The translations under genes and the position numbers were made by a program. Of a stretch of 32,000 bases of DNA, positions 24,746 through 32,000 are shown one piece after another. The notes beneath the pieces were generated by a model, which was given only the letters and a program-made list of their open reading frames with translations, was not told the DNA's origin and did not search any database. Source of the DNA: an uncultured Nitrosopumilaceae archaeon (GTDB lineage: Archaea > Thermoproteota > Nitrososphaeria > Nitrososphaerales > Nitrosopumilaceae); contig CAYYXT010000002.1 in the NCBI GenBank assembly GCA_964475825.1, positions 75,177-107,176 of the forward strand, given 5' to 3'. Position 1 is the first letter of the stretch; every line of letters begins with the position of its first letter.

Positions 24746-25518
24746 TATGCATTCACCAATTTTCTGACATGTTCTTCGATATTATCGCTTTTCATTATGC
24801 TAGACCCTATTAGGAATGCATCTGCTCCACATTTTTTTAGATATTGAATGTCCTCAGGTGTCTCAATTCCGCTTTCCGATAGTATCGGCCTTGTCTTTTT
24901 GTATCCTTCAAGTACTCTTTCTATAGTTTTAAGATCAATCTCTAGTGTGTCTAGGTTTCTGTTGTTAATTCCAATTAGATCCGATTCAGTTTTTAGTGCA
25001 TTTTGAAATTCTTGTTTTGTGTGGACCTCTAGTAGAATTTTTAGCCCCTTTTTGTGACCATAGTTGATAAATTCATCAATCTCTTTGAGAAATCCTTGAT
25101 CAAATAATGATTGAATAACTAACATGTAATCTGCACCAATTTTTTCTGCAGCGTCAATCTGTACAGTATCGATCATGATATCTTTCATTAATAATGGGAC
25201 ATCTACTGCTCGTCTTATTTGCATAAAGTATTCCGGTGAGCCATTAAACATATGAGGCTGGGTAAGAACAGACAGCGCTTTAGAGCCTCCTGCAATCATT
25301 TGTTTTGCGATACTAACTGGGTCTGATAATGTTCTAATCTTGCCCAAAGACGGAGATGAAAACTTTACCTCTGTAAGCAGCGTTGCATGAGTGTTTAATT
25401 TTATTATTTGTAAAAAATCCTTGTTTGATTTTTGCAATTTTACATCTACATCATACACTCCGTCATCAATTGCAGTTTGTGAATTATTTACTAGTTTTCT
25501 TAGAATGTTTTCAGCCAT
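24742..25518 (-). CDS. trpC: Indole-3-glycerol-phosphate synthase
   Basis: EVKFSSPS and GINNRNL motifs. At 258 aa it is IGPS only, with no fused PRAI domain. Confidence 0.9.
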   Translation of the reverse strand: MAENILRKLVNNSQTAIDDGVYDVDVKLQKSNKDFLQIIKLNTHATLLTEVKFSSPSLGKIRTLSDPVSIAKQMIAGGSKALSVLTQPHMFNGSPEYFMQIRRAVDVPLLMKDIMIDTVQIDAAEKIGADYMLVIQSLFDQGFLKEIDEFINYGHKKGLKILLEVHTKQEFQNALKTESDLIGINNRNLDTLEIDLKTIERVLEGYKKTRPILSESGIETPEDIQYLKKCGADAFLIGSSIMKSDNIEEHVRKLVNAY

Positions 25519-26558
25519 TATGCTACCTCCTTTAATTTTGAAATGTCTCCAGTATCTGCAACAAATCTTTCTAACAGTTTGAATGCTTTACCATCTTTAA
25601 TTGTGTTTAATGCTAATTCAACTCCGTCTTCAAAATTATTTACGATGTTTGCTACAATTAATCCCCCAGCTGCATTAAGAGCTGTCGTTTCTATCATGGC
25701 TTGATTTGCAGTATTGTTTAACACGCCAACAAATGCCTTTATTGCATCTTCTCTTGTTTTAATTTGAATGTCTCTTAGTGTTGACTTGTGCAGTCCAACT
25801 ACTTGAGGATCAATTGAATTCATCAATACTTTGTCATTTCTTAAAATACATACTCTGTTTGTTGCACTCGTAGAAAATTCATCCATACCGTCATCAGAGC
25901 GAACTGTCATGATATTTTCTGCTCCATTTCTTTTTAGAATTAATGGCAGTCTGTCTAAAAATTCAATAGAAAAAACCCCTATCATTTGATTTTTAACACA
26001 AGCTGGATTTGATAGCGGGCCTAAAAGATTGAATGCTGACCTTTTTCCTAATTGCTTTCTTACATTTGACACATGTCTCATTGCCGGATGAAATTTTTGT
26101 GCAAACATAAAACATATGTTGTGTTTTTGAAGTATGTCCGCAATTTTATCTGGCTCTGAGTTTAGATCATATCCAAAATATTCAAAAATATCTGCACTTC
26201 CAGAAACGCCTGAACTAGAACGATTGCCATGTTTTGCTACAATTCCACCAGCAGCTGTGACCACAAAAGAGGCAGCAGTGGACACATTGAATGTTTGAAG
26301 ATTATCTCCTCCAGTACCACACATGTCGATGACTCTTCCTTTGTTTTTAGGCTCTACTTTGAGGGCAAATTCCCGCATTTTATCAAGCATGCCAAGCAAC
26401 TCATCATCAGTTTCACCTTTTTCTGTTAGGCTGGATAGAAAATCTAAATTTTCTTTGTCATTTGTTTTACCTGATAACATCTCTGTCATGATGTAATTCA
26501 TCTGATCATATGTGAGATCTGTCTTTTGTTGTAGTTTTGAAATTAAATCTGAAATCAT
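25518..26558 (-). CDS. trpD: Anthranilate phosphoribosyltransferase
   Basis: CGTGGDNLQTFNVSTAA and KHGNRSSSGVSGSAD motifs. Its stop shares 1 nt with the trpC ATG. Confidence 0.95.
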   Translation of the reverse strand: MISDLISKLQQKTDLTYDQMNYIMTEMLSGKTNDKENLDFLSSLTEKGETDDELLGMLDKMREFALKVEPKNKGRVIDMCGTGGDNLQTFNVSTAASFVVTAAGGIVAKHGNRSSSGVSGSADIFEYFGYDLNSEPDKIADILQKHNICFMFAQKFHPAMRHVSNVRKQLGKRSAFNLLGPLSNPACVKNQMIGVFSIEFLDRLPLILKRNGAENIMTVRSDDGMDEFSTSATNRVCILRNDKVLMNSIDPQVVGLHKSTLRDIQIKTREDAIKAFVGVLNNTANQAMIETTALNAAGGLIVANIVNNFEDGVELALNTIKDGKAFKLLERFVADTGDISKLKEVA

Positions 26559-27148
26559 TTTTTATTTTTCACCTGTCTTATGAAATTTGAGAGAATCTTT
26601 TTTCCATCCTCTGTCATAATTGATTCGGGATGAAACTGTACTCCTTCTATTAGATACTCTTTGTGTCTTATTGCCATGACTTCTCCATCATCAGCTGCAG
26701 TAGCTGTCACTTCTAATACGTCTGGAATTACTGTTTTGTCTCCAACTAGTGAATGGTATCTTGTTGCCCTAAATGGATTCTTGACATCTTTGAATAATTC
26801 TGAATTTGTATGCACAACTGGACTGGTCTTGCCATGTCTTACACAACCTGCATTTGTAACCTTACCACCAAATGCCTGAATGATCCCCTGATGTCCCAAA
26901 CACACTCCTAATATTGGAGTGGTAGGTCCCATGTCTTTGATTACATCGCTACATACTCCAAAATATTTTCTATCTGCTGGAGTTCCTGGACCTGGTGATA
27001 TGATTATTGCATCATAGTTGTTTTGTTTTATTTGTTCTAGTGTTATCTTGTCATTTCTAATGACATCACAATCTACTCCTAGCTCACCCAAGTATTGTGC
27101 AATATTGTATACAAACGAATCATAATTATCAATAATTAGAAATTTCAT
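26555..27148 (-). CDS. trpG: Anthranilate synthase component II (glutamine amidotransferase)
   Basis: Catalytic triad context is GVCLGHQ and QFHPES. It has 4-nt overlaps with both trpE and trpD. Confidence 0.95.
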   Translation of the reverse strand: MKFLIIDNYDSFVYNIAQYLGELGVDCDVIRNDKITLEQIKQNNYDAIIISPGPGTPADRKYFGVCSDVIKDMGPTTPILGVCLGHQGIIQAFGGKVTNAGCVRHGKTSPVVHTNSELFKDVKNPFRATRYHSLVGDKTVIPDVLEVTATAADDGEVMAIRHKEYLIEGVQFHPESIMTEDGKKILSNFIRQVKNKK

Positions 27149-28494
27149 TTTGTTGCTTCCCTTAGTGCTTGAAGCATTGCATCAGCTTTATGTTCAGTTT
27201 CTTTGAATTCGTTTTCGGCAACAGAGTCTGAGACAATTCCTGCACCTGATTGCACAAATCCTTTGTTTCCATTGATGAATATACTTCTAATTGCAATTGC
27301 AAAATCACAGCATCCATTAAATGAAAAATATCCAACTGCTCCCGCGTATGGTCCTCTTGCTTCGGATTCCAATTCATCAATTATCTCCATGGCTCTGACT
27401 TTTGGAGCCCCCGATACAGTTCCTGCGGGAAATACTGCCTTAAATGCATCAAACATGTCGTTTTCAGGCGCCAAATTGCCCACAACATGTGTTACTATGT
27501 GCTGTACGTGACTGAATCGTTTGATCTGCATTAATTCTTCAATGTGCACAGTTCCATACTTGCATACTCTGCCTATATCGTTTCTTCCCAAATCCACCAA
27601 CATGGTGTGCTCTGCTAATTCTTTTTCATCATGGAGTAGTTCATCAGCCAACTGTTTGTTTTTTTCCTCATCATCTGTAATTTTTCTAGTTCCTGCAATT
27701 GGGAATGTTTCTACTTTGTCATTTGTAATTCTTACTAGCATTTCAGGCGATGCTCCAATGATAGTTTTGGTATCTTGTTTTAGATGATACATGTATGGTG
27801 ATGGATTCAGTCTTCGTAGTGTTTTGTATAGTGTTAGATTATCTCCATCTGTATCAAACGTAAACTTTCTAGATAACACTACTTGGAAGATGTCTCCATC
27901 ATGAATGTACTGCTTTGCCTTGTTTACGATATTTGAGAATTTTTCTTGATTCATGTTTGGTGTTACTTCCGTTGCTTTAAAATCTCCAAACAAATCACTA
28001 CTCATTTTAAATTGATCAAATCTATTTTGATTATGATAAAAATAAAATAATTTCTTGTGTATATTATCATACAATATGCCATCATCATAGATTCCAAACT
28101 CCATTAATGGTTGTGGTGACTCATGAGTATCTGGAATGTTTTCTACCAATCTGATTGCATCATAGTTTACAACACCTACAGCACCACCCAAATATCTGTA
28201 ACTTTGATCTTCTGATTTTCCTAGTAGTTTTTTTAGCTCCTCAAATGGATCATTTGTTTGGATGGTCTCAGTTTTACCGTCTCTTATGATTTGTACTTTG
28301 TCTGAATATCCTTTGAGAATTATTTTGGGGTCAAATCCCATCACCGATGTTTCAGATAGTACTTCCGGACCTGTTAGTGATTCAAAGAGAAATGAATGTG
28401 AGTAGTTTCTAGAAATTTTATTGTATATTTGAAATTGATTTTCAGTTAGCTCTAGTGGTATTACTTTCGGCTGAGAGTTTCCAAAGGTGTCCAC
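27145..28494 (-). CDS. trpE: Anthranilate synthase component I
   Basis: FLFESL, INPSPYMY, IAGTRK, FPAGTVSGAPK and RGPYAGAVGYF motifs. The ORF is open to ATG 28578, but the extra 28 aa (MNSHMRQKMCQNNHLINLNNKLVKFCLW) look non-conserved. In-frame GTG 28494 gives a normal-length N-terminus and has tttaaataataaa about 29 nt upstream. The start remains uncertain. Confidence 0.9.
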   Translation of the reverse strand: MDTFGNSQPKVIPLELTENQFQIYNKISRNYSHSFLFESLTGPEVLSETSVMGFDPKIILKGYSDKVQIIRDGKTETIQTNDPFEELKKLLGKSEDQSYRYLGGAVGVVNYDAIRLVENIPDTHESPQPLMEFGIYDDGILYDNIHKKLFYFYHNQNRFDQFKMSSDLFGDFKATEVTPNMNQEKFSNIVNKAKQYIHDGDIFQVVLSRKFTFDTDGDNLTLYKTLRRLNPSPYMYHLKQDTKTIIGASPEMLVRITNDKVETFPIAGTRKITDDEEKNKQLADELLHDEKELAEHTMLVDLGRNDIGRVCKYGTVHIEELMQIKRFSHVQHIVTHVVGNLAPENDMFDAFKAVFPAGTVSGAPKVRAMEIIDELESEARGPYAGAVGYFSFNGCCDFAIAIRSIFINGNKGFVQSGAGIVSDSVAENEFKETEHKADAMLQALREATK

Positions 28495-28591
28495 CCATAG
28501 ACAAAATTTTACTAGTTTATTATTTAAATTGATGAGATGGTTGTTTTGACACATTTTTTGTCTCATGTGACTGTTCATTCATACAGTCTAT

Positions 28592-28608
28592 TACGGTATG
28601 GTACGGTA
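28592..28608. promoter_or_regulatory. Tandem TACGGTA direct repeat (10-bp period) in the trpE-divergent intergenic region
   Basis: TACGGTA occurs at 28592-28598 and 28602-28608, within ttACGGTAtggtACGGTAcc. It contains two GTAC cores and abuts the TATA-like tttatat. Confidence 0.5.
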
Positions 28609-28610
28609 CC

Positions 28611-28617
28611 TTTATAT
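28611..28617. promoter_or_regulatory. TATA-like element usable in either orientation
   Basis: tttatat (atataaa on the minus strand) lies about 30 nt from the ATG at 28644 on the + strand and about 33 nt from the ATG at 28578 on the - strand. Confidence 0.4.
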
Positions 28618-28643
28618 GATAATTGATCGTATGTTAATTGACC

Positions 28644-28832
28644 ATGCAGGGGGCAAAATCAACACTGATGCAAGATCTATGTTTCAAAAGAACATCTGAA
28701 GTAAAATCAAGTGTCTCTGAAGTAGAGTGTTATATTTGTAGCAAAGGACTACAAGATGGTTATCGTATAACAGCCAAGACACTACCAAATGGGATGGCAT
28801 TGTTTTGTGATGTGCATTATTCATTACAATGA
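28644..28832 (+). CDS. Small Cys/His (C-x2-C ... C-x2-H) putative zinc-binding protein divergent from trpE
   Basis: 62 aa, ECYICSKGLQDGYRITAKTLPNGMALFCDVHYSLQ. The ORF opens at TTG 28638 and the ATG at 28644 is preferred. It shares the (L/F)CxxHY ending with the 9632 protein. Confidence 0.45.
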   Translation: MQGAKSTLMQDLCFKRTSEVKSSVSEVECYICSKGLQDGYRITAKTLPNGMALFCDVHYSLQ

Positions 28833-29017
28833 TATTCTGAATGTTTTTTTGGTTTACAACTATTGATTCAAATCTAGTTTTGTAAAAGGAATTTCATATA
28901 GTAGTTTGATCAAGACCATATATGTCTAGAAATGGCTTGATAATAATACTTGGTGGTATTATGTTAATTGTCATGGGGTTGACACTAATGGGTGCTTTCT
29001 AATCTTAGAGTTTAAAA

Positions 29018-29203
29018 CTATCTTAGGGAATTTGAATTTTTTTTGCAAAATTGACAAATTAATGAATTCGTTTTACGTCCACATGCTATGCACTGATTTG
29101 TCTTTCCCAAGTAGCCTGTTTTATCTGAGCTTCGAATTAACTTTATTATGATCAAGACAATAATTGCGGAGATTCCAACTGCAATGATGATTCCAAGTAC
29201 CAT
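29018..29203 (-). CDS. Small membrane-anchored zinc-ribbon protein
   Basis: N-terminal TM helix MVLGIIIAVGISAIIVLIIIKLI followed by CIACGRKTNSLICQFCKK (CxxC-x8-CxxC). 61 aa. Confidence 0.5.
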   Translation of the reverse strand: MVLGIIIAVGISAIIVLIIIKLIRSSDKTGYLGKTNQCIACGRKTNSLICQFCKKNSNSLR

Positions 29204-29320
29204 ACTCTTTGTATGTTTTATTACTATTCAAACCTTATCTAATTCTTCAAAACAAGGAAAACAAAAGATATTGAATTTCTTTCATGATAATTGATTGAAG
29301 TGACTTTTTGAAAATGATAT

Positions 29321-30478
29321 CTAACTCCAGACTTTTTCTTTAAACGTCCATTTTTTATTTAAAATGAAATTGCTGAATGCTGCAGTCGCAACTGCCAACA
29401 CTAGTGCAACTGGATAGGACACACTTAACTCATCCACCAAATAATACACCATTCCAAGCTGAACTAATGCGCCAATAGAGCTAAATCCTGCAAACTTACC
29501 GTACTGAATGGCAGTTCTTTTTGCAGTAAAATTTCTATCTTCAAATGTCCAATATTTATTCAAAAAGAAATTACTGGTAATTGAAAACATAATCCCAAGT
29601 ATGGTTGCATGAAGATACCATATGTCCAAATTCGATGTAAACAAAATAGATGTAAGATAATTAACTCCAAGCCCGCATGTTCCAACTGAAAAGAATCTTG
29701 CCGCCTTTGATGCAAATCTGACTGATGGTCTCGTTTCATTTCGCTGTTCTTTTTTTCCATATCTGTAAAGATTTCCCACTGCGTGGATGTATTCTAAAAT
29801 GATTTTTGTTCCAAGCTTGCTTTTTCCATTTTCTCTATCTGAAAACGTATATGGAATTTCTTTTATTGATACACCTTTTACCTTTACAATCATTTCCAAG
29901 AGAATCTTATAGCCTATTGCATCAAAGTTGATTCCTTTGATTATGTCTTTGTTAAATGCAAAAAATCCAGACATTGGATCAGATTCCTTTATGCCAAGAC
30001 CTCTCTTTGCAATAATTGTGGCAATCTTGCTGATCATTTTTCGTTTTATTGACCAACCCTGTATTGAACCTCCGTTGAGGTATCTTGATGCAACAACAAT
30101 ATCTGTTTTTGATTGTTTTAACGCATCAACAAGTTTTGGTATGAGTTGTGGAGGATGAGAAAAATCACTGTCCATTACAACAACTATCTTGCCTTTTGCA
30201 TGTTGTATTCCATTTAATATTGCAGAACTCAGACCTTCTCGTGTTTTTCGATTTATGACATTAACTGTATATCTTGTTTTTTCCTTCAATGACTTAAAAT
30301 AATCTTCAGCAATTTTGCCAGTGCCATCCGGTGAGTTGTCATCTACTACTATTGCTTCAACTATGGTGTTTTTTGGCAGGTGCTCTTTGATCAAATGTAA
30401 TATTCCTTTGATATTTTCAGACTCGTTATATGTGGGAATTATTATTGATACTTCCGTATTCATTACCCTTGACAACAC
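29321..30478 (-). CDS. GT2 dolichyl/polyprenyl-phosphate sugar synthase (DPM1-like) fused to a GtrA-like 4-TM domain
   Basis: IIIPTYNESENI, VVDDNSPDGT and VVMDSDFSHPP (the DxD region) are present. The C-terminal GtrA-like helices end in NKYWTFEDR and NKKWTFKEK. GTG start at 30478 (alternative ATG at 30463). Confidence 0.9.
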   Translation of the reverse strand: MLSRVMNTEVSIIIPTYNESENIKGILHLIKEHLPKNTIVEAIVVDDNSPDGTGKIAEDYFKSLKEKTRYTVNVINRKTREGLSSAILNGIQHAKGKIVVVMDSDFSHPPQLIPKLVDALKQSKTDIVVASRYLNGGSIQGWSIKRKMISKIATIIAKRGLGIKESDPMSGFFAFNKDIIKGINFDAIGYKILLEMIVKVKGVSIKEIPYTFSDRENGKSKLGTKIILEYIHAVGNLYRYGKKEQRNETRPSVRFASKAARFFSVGTCGLGVNYLTSILFTSNLDIWYLHATILGIMFSITSNFFLNKYWTFEDRNFTAKRTAIQYGKFAGFSSIGALVQLGMVYYLVDELSVSYPVALVLAVATAAFSNFILNKKWTFKEKVWS

Positions 30479-30527
30479 GAATCCACCAGATTTATCTCAT
30501 ATTAAATTTTTAAATTGTAAAATTTGA

Positions 30528-31967
30528 CTATTTTACACGTATACCCTCACGGATTTCGATCTTGGTTGCCTCCCCATTGGCTTGCATGCTTGTGTATGGA
30601 TATATTTTGGAATTAAACCCCGTTATCGTCCCCTCAAAAGTCTGTATTGTTGTAGATCTATCTAGTGCATTTTGCAGTTGAGGACCTCGTGCCAGATCAA
30701 TACGATAGTGCTCATCTACCATTATGACTGTTTTTTCAGTGATTGGCAGATAAAACAAAATAGACGAATAGTCTTTTGGGACATTTTCTCGCTCAAATAC
30801 ATCATACAATATCCAGGAATACACTGGACTTGTAAGAACAGTAACATTGTCATCATAATTTTCTAAAACATAAGATAATGCCTGAAATTGATTATCTGAT
30901 ATATCATTGATAATCAAAAGCGTTGTGCTAACAAAACCAAAAATTAAAACCACCGATACAATTCCTACATAAACCGAATTCTTTTTAATTATGCTAAACT
31001 TACGAATTGATTCTATCAATATGCCAGATGCAATACACATTGCTGGAATTATCATCATCCAATGAAAGTATTGCTTGTATCCAACACCACTTAGAAATAC
31101 TACAAATGGAATAAACCACAACAAGAGAAATTTGTCTCTGCGTAATACTGCAAGCGCTATTCCTGATAAACCCAATACAAACATCAATGGATCAATAACT
31201 GCAAAGAATCCAAATATGTCTAATATGCTGTTTGTTCTCTGTGTTTGCCATAACACACCTTTCTGCCAAAGATCAAACTGATCAAGCATAATTGCATTGA
31301 GCGGCCATATTAACGGAATCAACAAAAATGGAATTAGTAGCAGTAAAACATCCGAAAACTTTTTTCTGTCTGTGTATACAATCCATGCAACTATAAAGAT
31401 CATTGTAAATGCAGGTATTTTTGTAAATACTGCCAAACCCAATAAGCATCCTGAAAAAATAATTAACACTGTTTTTTGTCTTGTTTTGGTAGAATAGAGT
31501 GCCAGTAAAATTGCTCCTAATACAAGCGGCACCAAAATAGAATCAAGTAATATTCTTTTGAAAATCCATGTAAATGGCAGTACTGCAAAAAGAGATGCTG
31601 ACAGAAATGGGGCAATCCCACCGTATCTGATTTGAACAATTTTGTAGATTAGAAATGTATCCAACACTGCTAATAATCCCATAAATATTCTGGGAATCAT
31701 GTATAGTGATTGTAATGAATCTGGGTCTGTAGATGGCTTAAAGTCAGAATAGTTTGTTATGGTAAGAATAGATGCAATTGCAATTTGACCAAAATATGGA
31801 TGGTCATACACATTACCTTCCTGCGGGTTTCCAGTATCTAGAAGATTTACTGCACGTCTCATGTAAATTCCCTCATCAAAAAATATGTCTGGATATCCAA
31901 CAGGATTCCAGAGATGGATAAAACCAGAAAGCAAAAGTGGAATTAACAAGAAAAATAATTTATTCAA
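30528..31967 (-). CDS. GT-C fold membrane glycosyltransferase (PMT/ArnT-like, polyprenyl-phosphate-sugar dependent)
   Basis: The first-loop acidic motif is YPDIFFDEGIYMRRA, after an N-terminal TM helix. There are about 11 further TM helices and a C-terminal soluble domain of about 120 aa. TTG start. Confidence 0.75.
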   Translation of the reverse strand: MNKLFFLLIPLLLSGFIHLWNPVGYPDIFFDEGIYMRRAVNLLDTGNPQEGNVYDHPYFGQIAIASILTITNYSDFKPSTDPDSLQSLYMIPRIFMGLLAVLDTFLIYKIVQIRYGGIAPFLSASLFAVLPFTWIFKRILLDSILVPLVLGAILLALYSTKTRQKTVLIIFSGCLLGLAVFTKIPAFTMIFIVAWIVYTDRKKFSDVLLLLIPFLLIPLIWPLNAIMLDQFDLWQKGVLWQTQRTNSILDIFGFFAVIDPLMFVLGLSGIALAVLRRDKFLLLWFIPFVVFLSGVGYKQYFHWMMIIPAMCIASGILIESIRKFSIIKKNSVYVGIVSVVLIFGFVSTTLLIINDISDNQFQALSYVLENYDDNVTVLTSPVYSWILYDVFERENVPKDYSSILFYLPITEKTVIMVDEHYRIDLARGPQLQNALDRSTTIQTFEGTITGFNSKIYPYTSMQANGEATKIEIREGIRVK

Positions 31968-32000
31968 TTGCTACCTTATCTTAATGGATAATGACACTTT

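Noticed and set aside
28495-28578. The N-terminal 28 codons of the trpE ORF as a Trp-rich attenuation leader peptide
   Set aside because: Only a single Trp codon is present, there is no tandem Trp, and I could find no alternative terminator/antiterminator hairpins. More likely this is untranslated promoter region or a simple start-site ambiguity.
28922-29002. 26-aa hydrophobic ORF MSRNGLIIILGGIMLIVMGLTLMGAF
   Set aside because: It may be a single-TM micro-protein. At 26 codons in AT-rich DNA, with no conservation data, chance cannot be excluded, so it is not listed as a feature.
22115-31497. Further shadow ORFs in the right half of the window: 22115-22354, 23030-23251, 23426-23620, 25391-25582, 26229-26429, 26661-26879, 27162-27380, 27203-27511, 27521-27787, 29560-29760, 29928-30158, 30315-30527, 30672-30866, 31075-31281, 31297-31497.
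   Set aside because: The reasoning is the same. They overlap trp, GT2 and GT-C genes that have strong motif support, and they have junk-like translations.
1-32000. Scan for CRISPR arrays, rRNA/tRNA genes, transposases, integrases, toxin-antitoxin pairs and known defence genes
   Set aside because: I found no regularly spaced direct repeats, no GC-rich structured-RNA islands, and no ORFs with recombinase, transposase, Cas or restriction motifs. The window appears to be core chromosome apart from the ParB-adjacent low-coding patch.

Overview
AT-rich, densely packed archaeal chromosomal window. The gene content points to a marine ammonia-oxidising thaumarchaeon (Nitrosopumilus-like); that placement is inference from protein sequence style, since no search was possible. 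Supporting genes are Alba, Rpo6/RpoK, ribosomal proteins S25e and S26e, an archaeal-type ThrRS with N-terminal editing domain, a MenA-like prenyltransferase and a CDP-alcohol phosphatidyltransferase. Most of the window is housekeeping. It holds thrS-speB, pyrG, NAD kinase, a PfkB kinase, a translationally coupled trpE-G-D-C-B-A operon on the minus strand (22.8-28.5 kb), and a Dol-P-sugar synthase plus GT-C glycosyltransferase pair at the right edge. I found no CRISPR array, rRNA, tRNA, transposase, integrase or recognisable defence island, and no convincing multi-gene novel system. The observations most worth follow-up are single genes or small loci. (1) A 165-aa HEAT-repeat protein (1590-2087) looks like exactly one half of eukaryotic deoxyhypusine hydroxylase, with two His-Glu motifs. 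(2) An orphan ParB-like protein with a GxRR motif and a C-terminal ribbon-helix-helix-like tail sits beside a low-coding region that carries a perfect 14-bp palindrome. (3) A tandem classical C2H2 zinc-finger protein. (4) An NAD kinase fused to a C-terminal winged-helix domain. (5) An Rpo6 with a long acidic, eukaryote-like N-terminal extension. (6) A small divergent Cys/His protein gene and 10-bp-phased TACGGTA repeats lie upstream of trpE. (7) Many sub-70-aa Cys-pair (zinc-ribbon/TRASH-like) ORFs fill the intergenic gaps, several below the ORF-track cutoff. Coordinates of sub-60-aa ORFs, alternative starts and repeats were derived by hand and should be re-verified.
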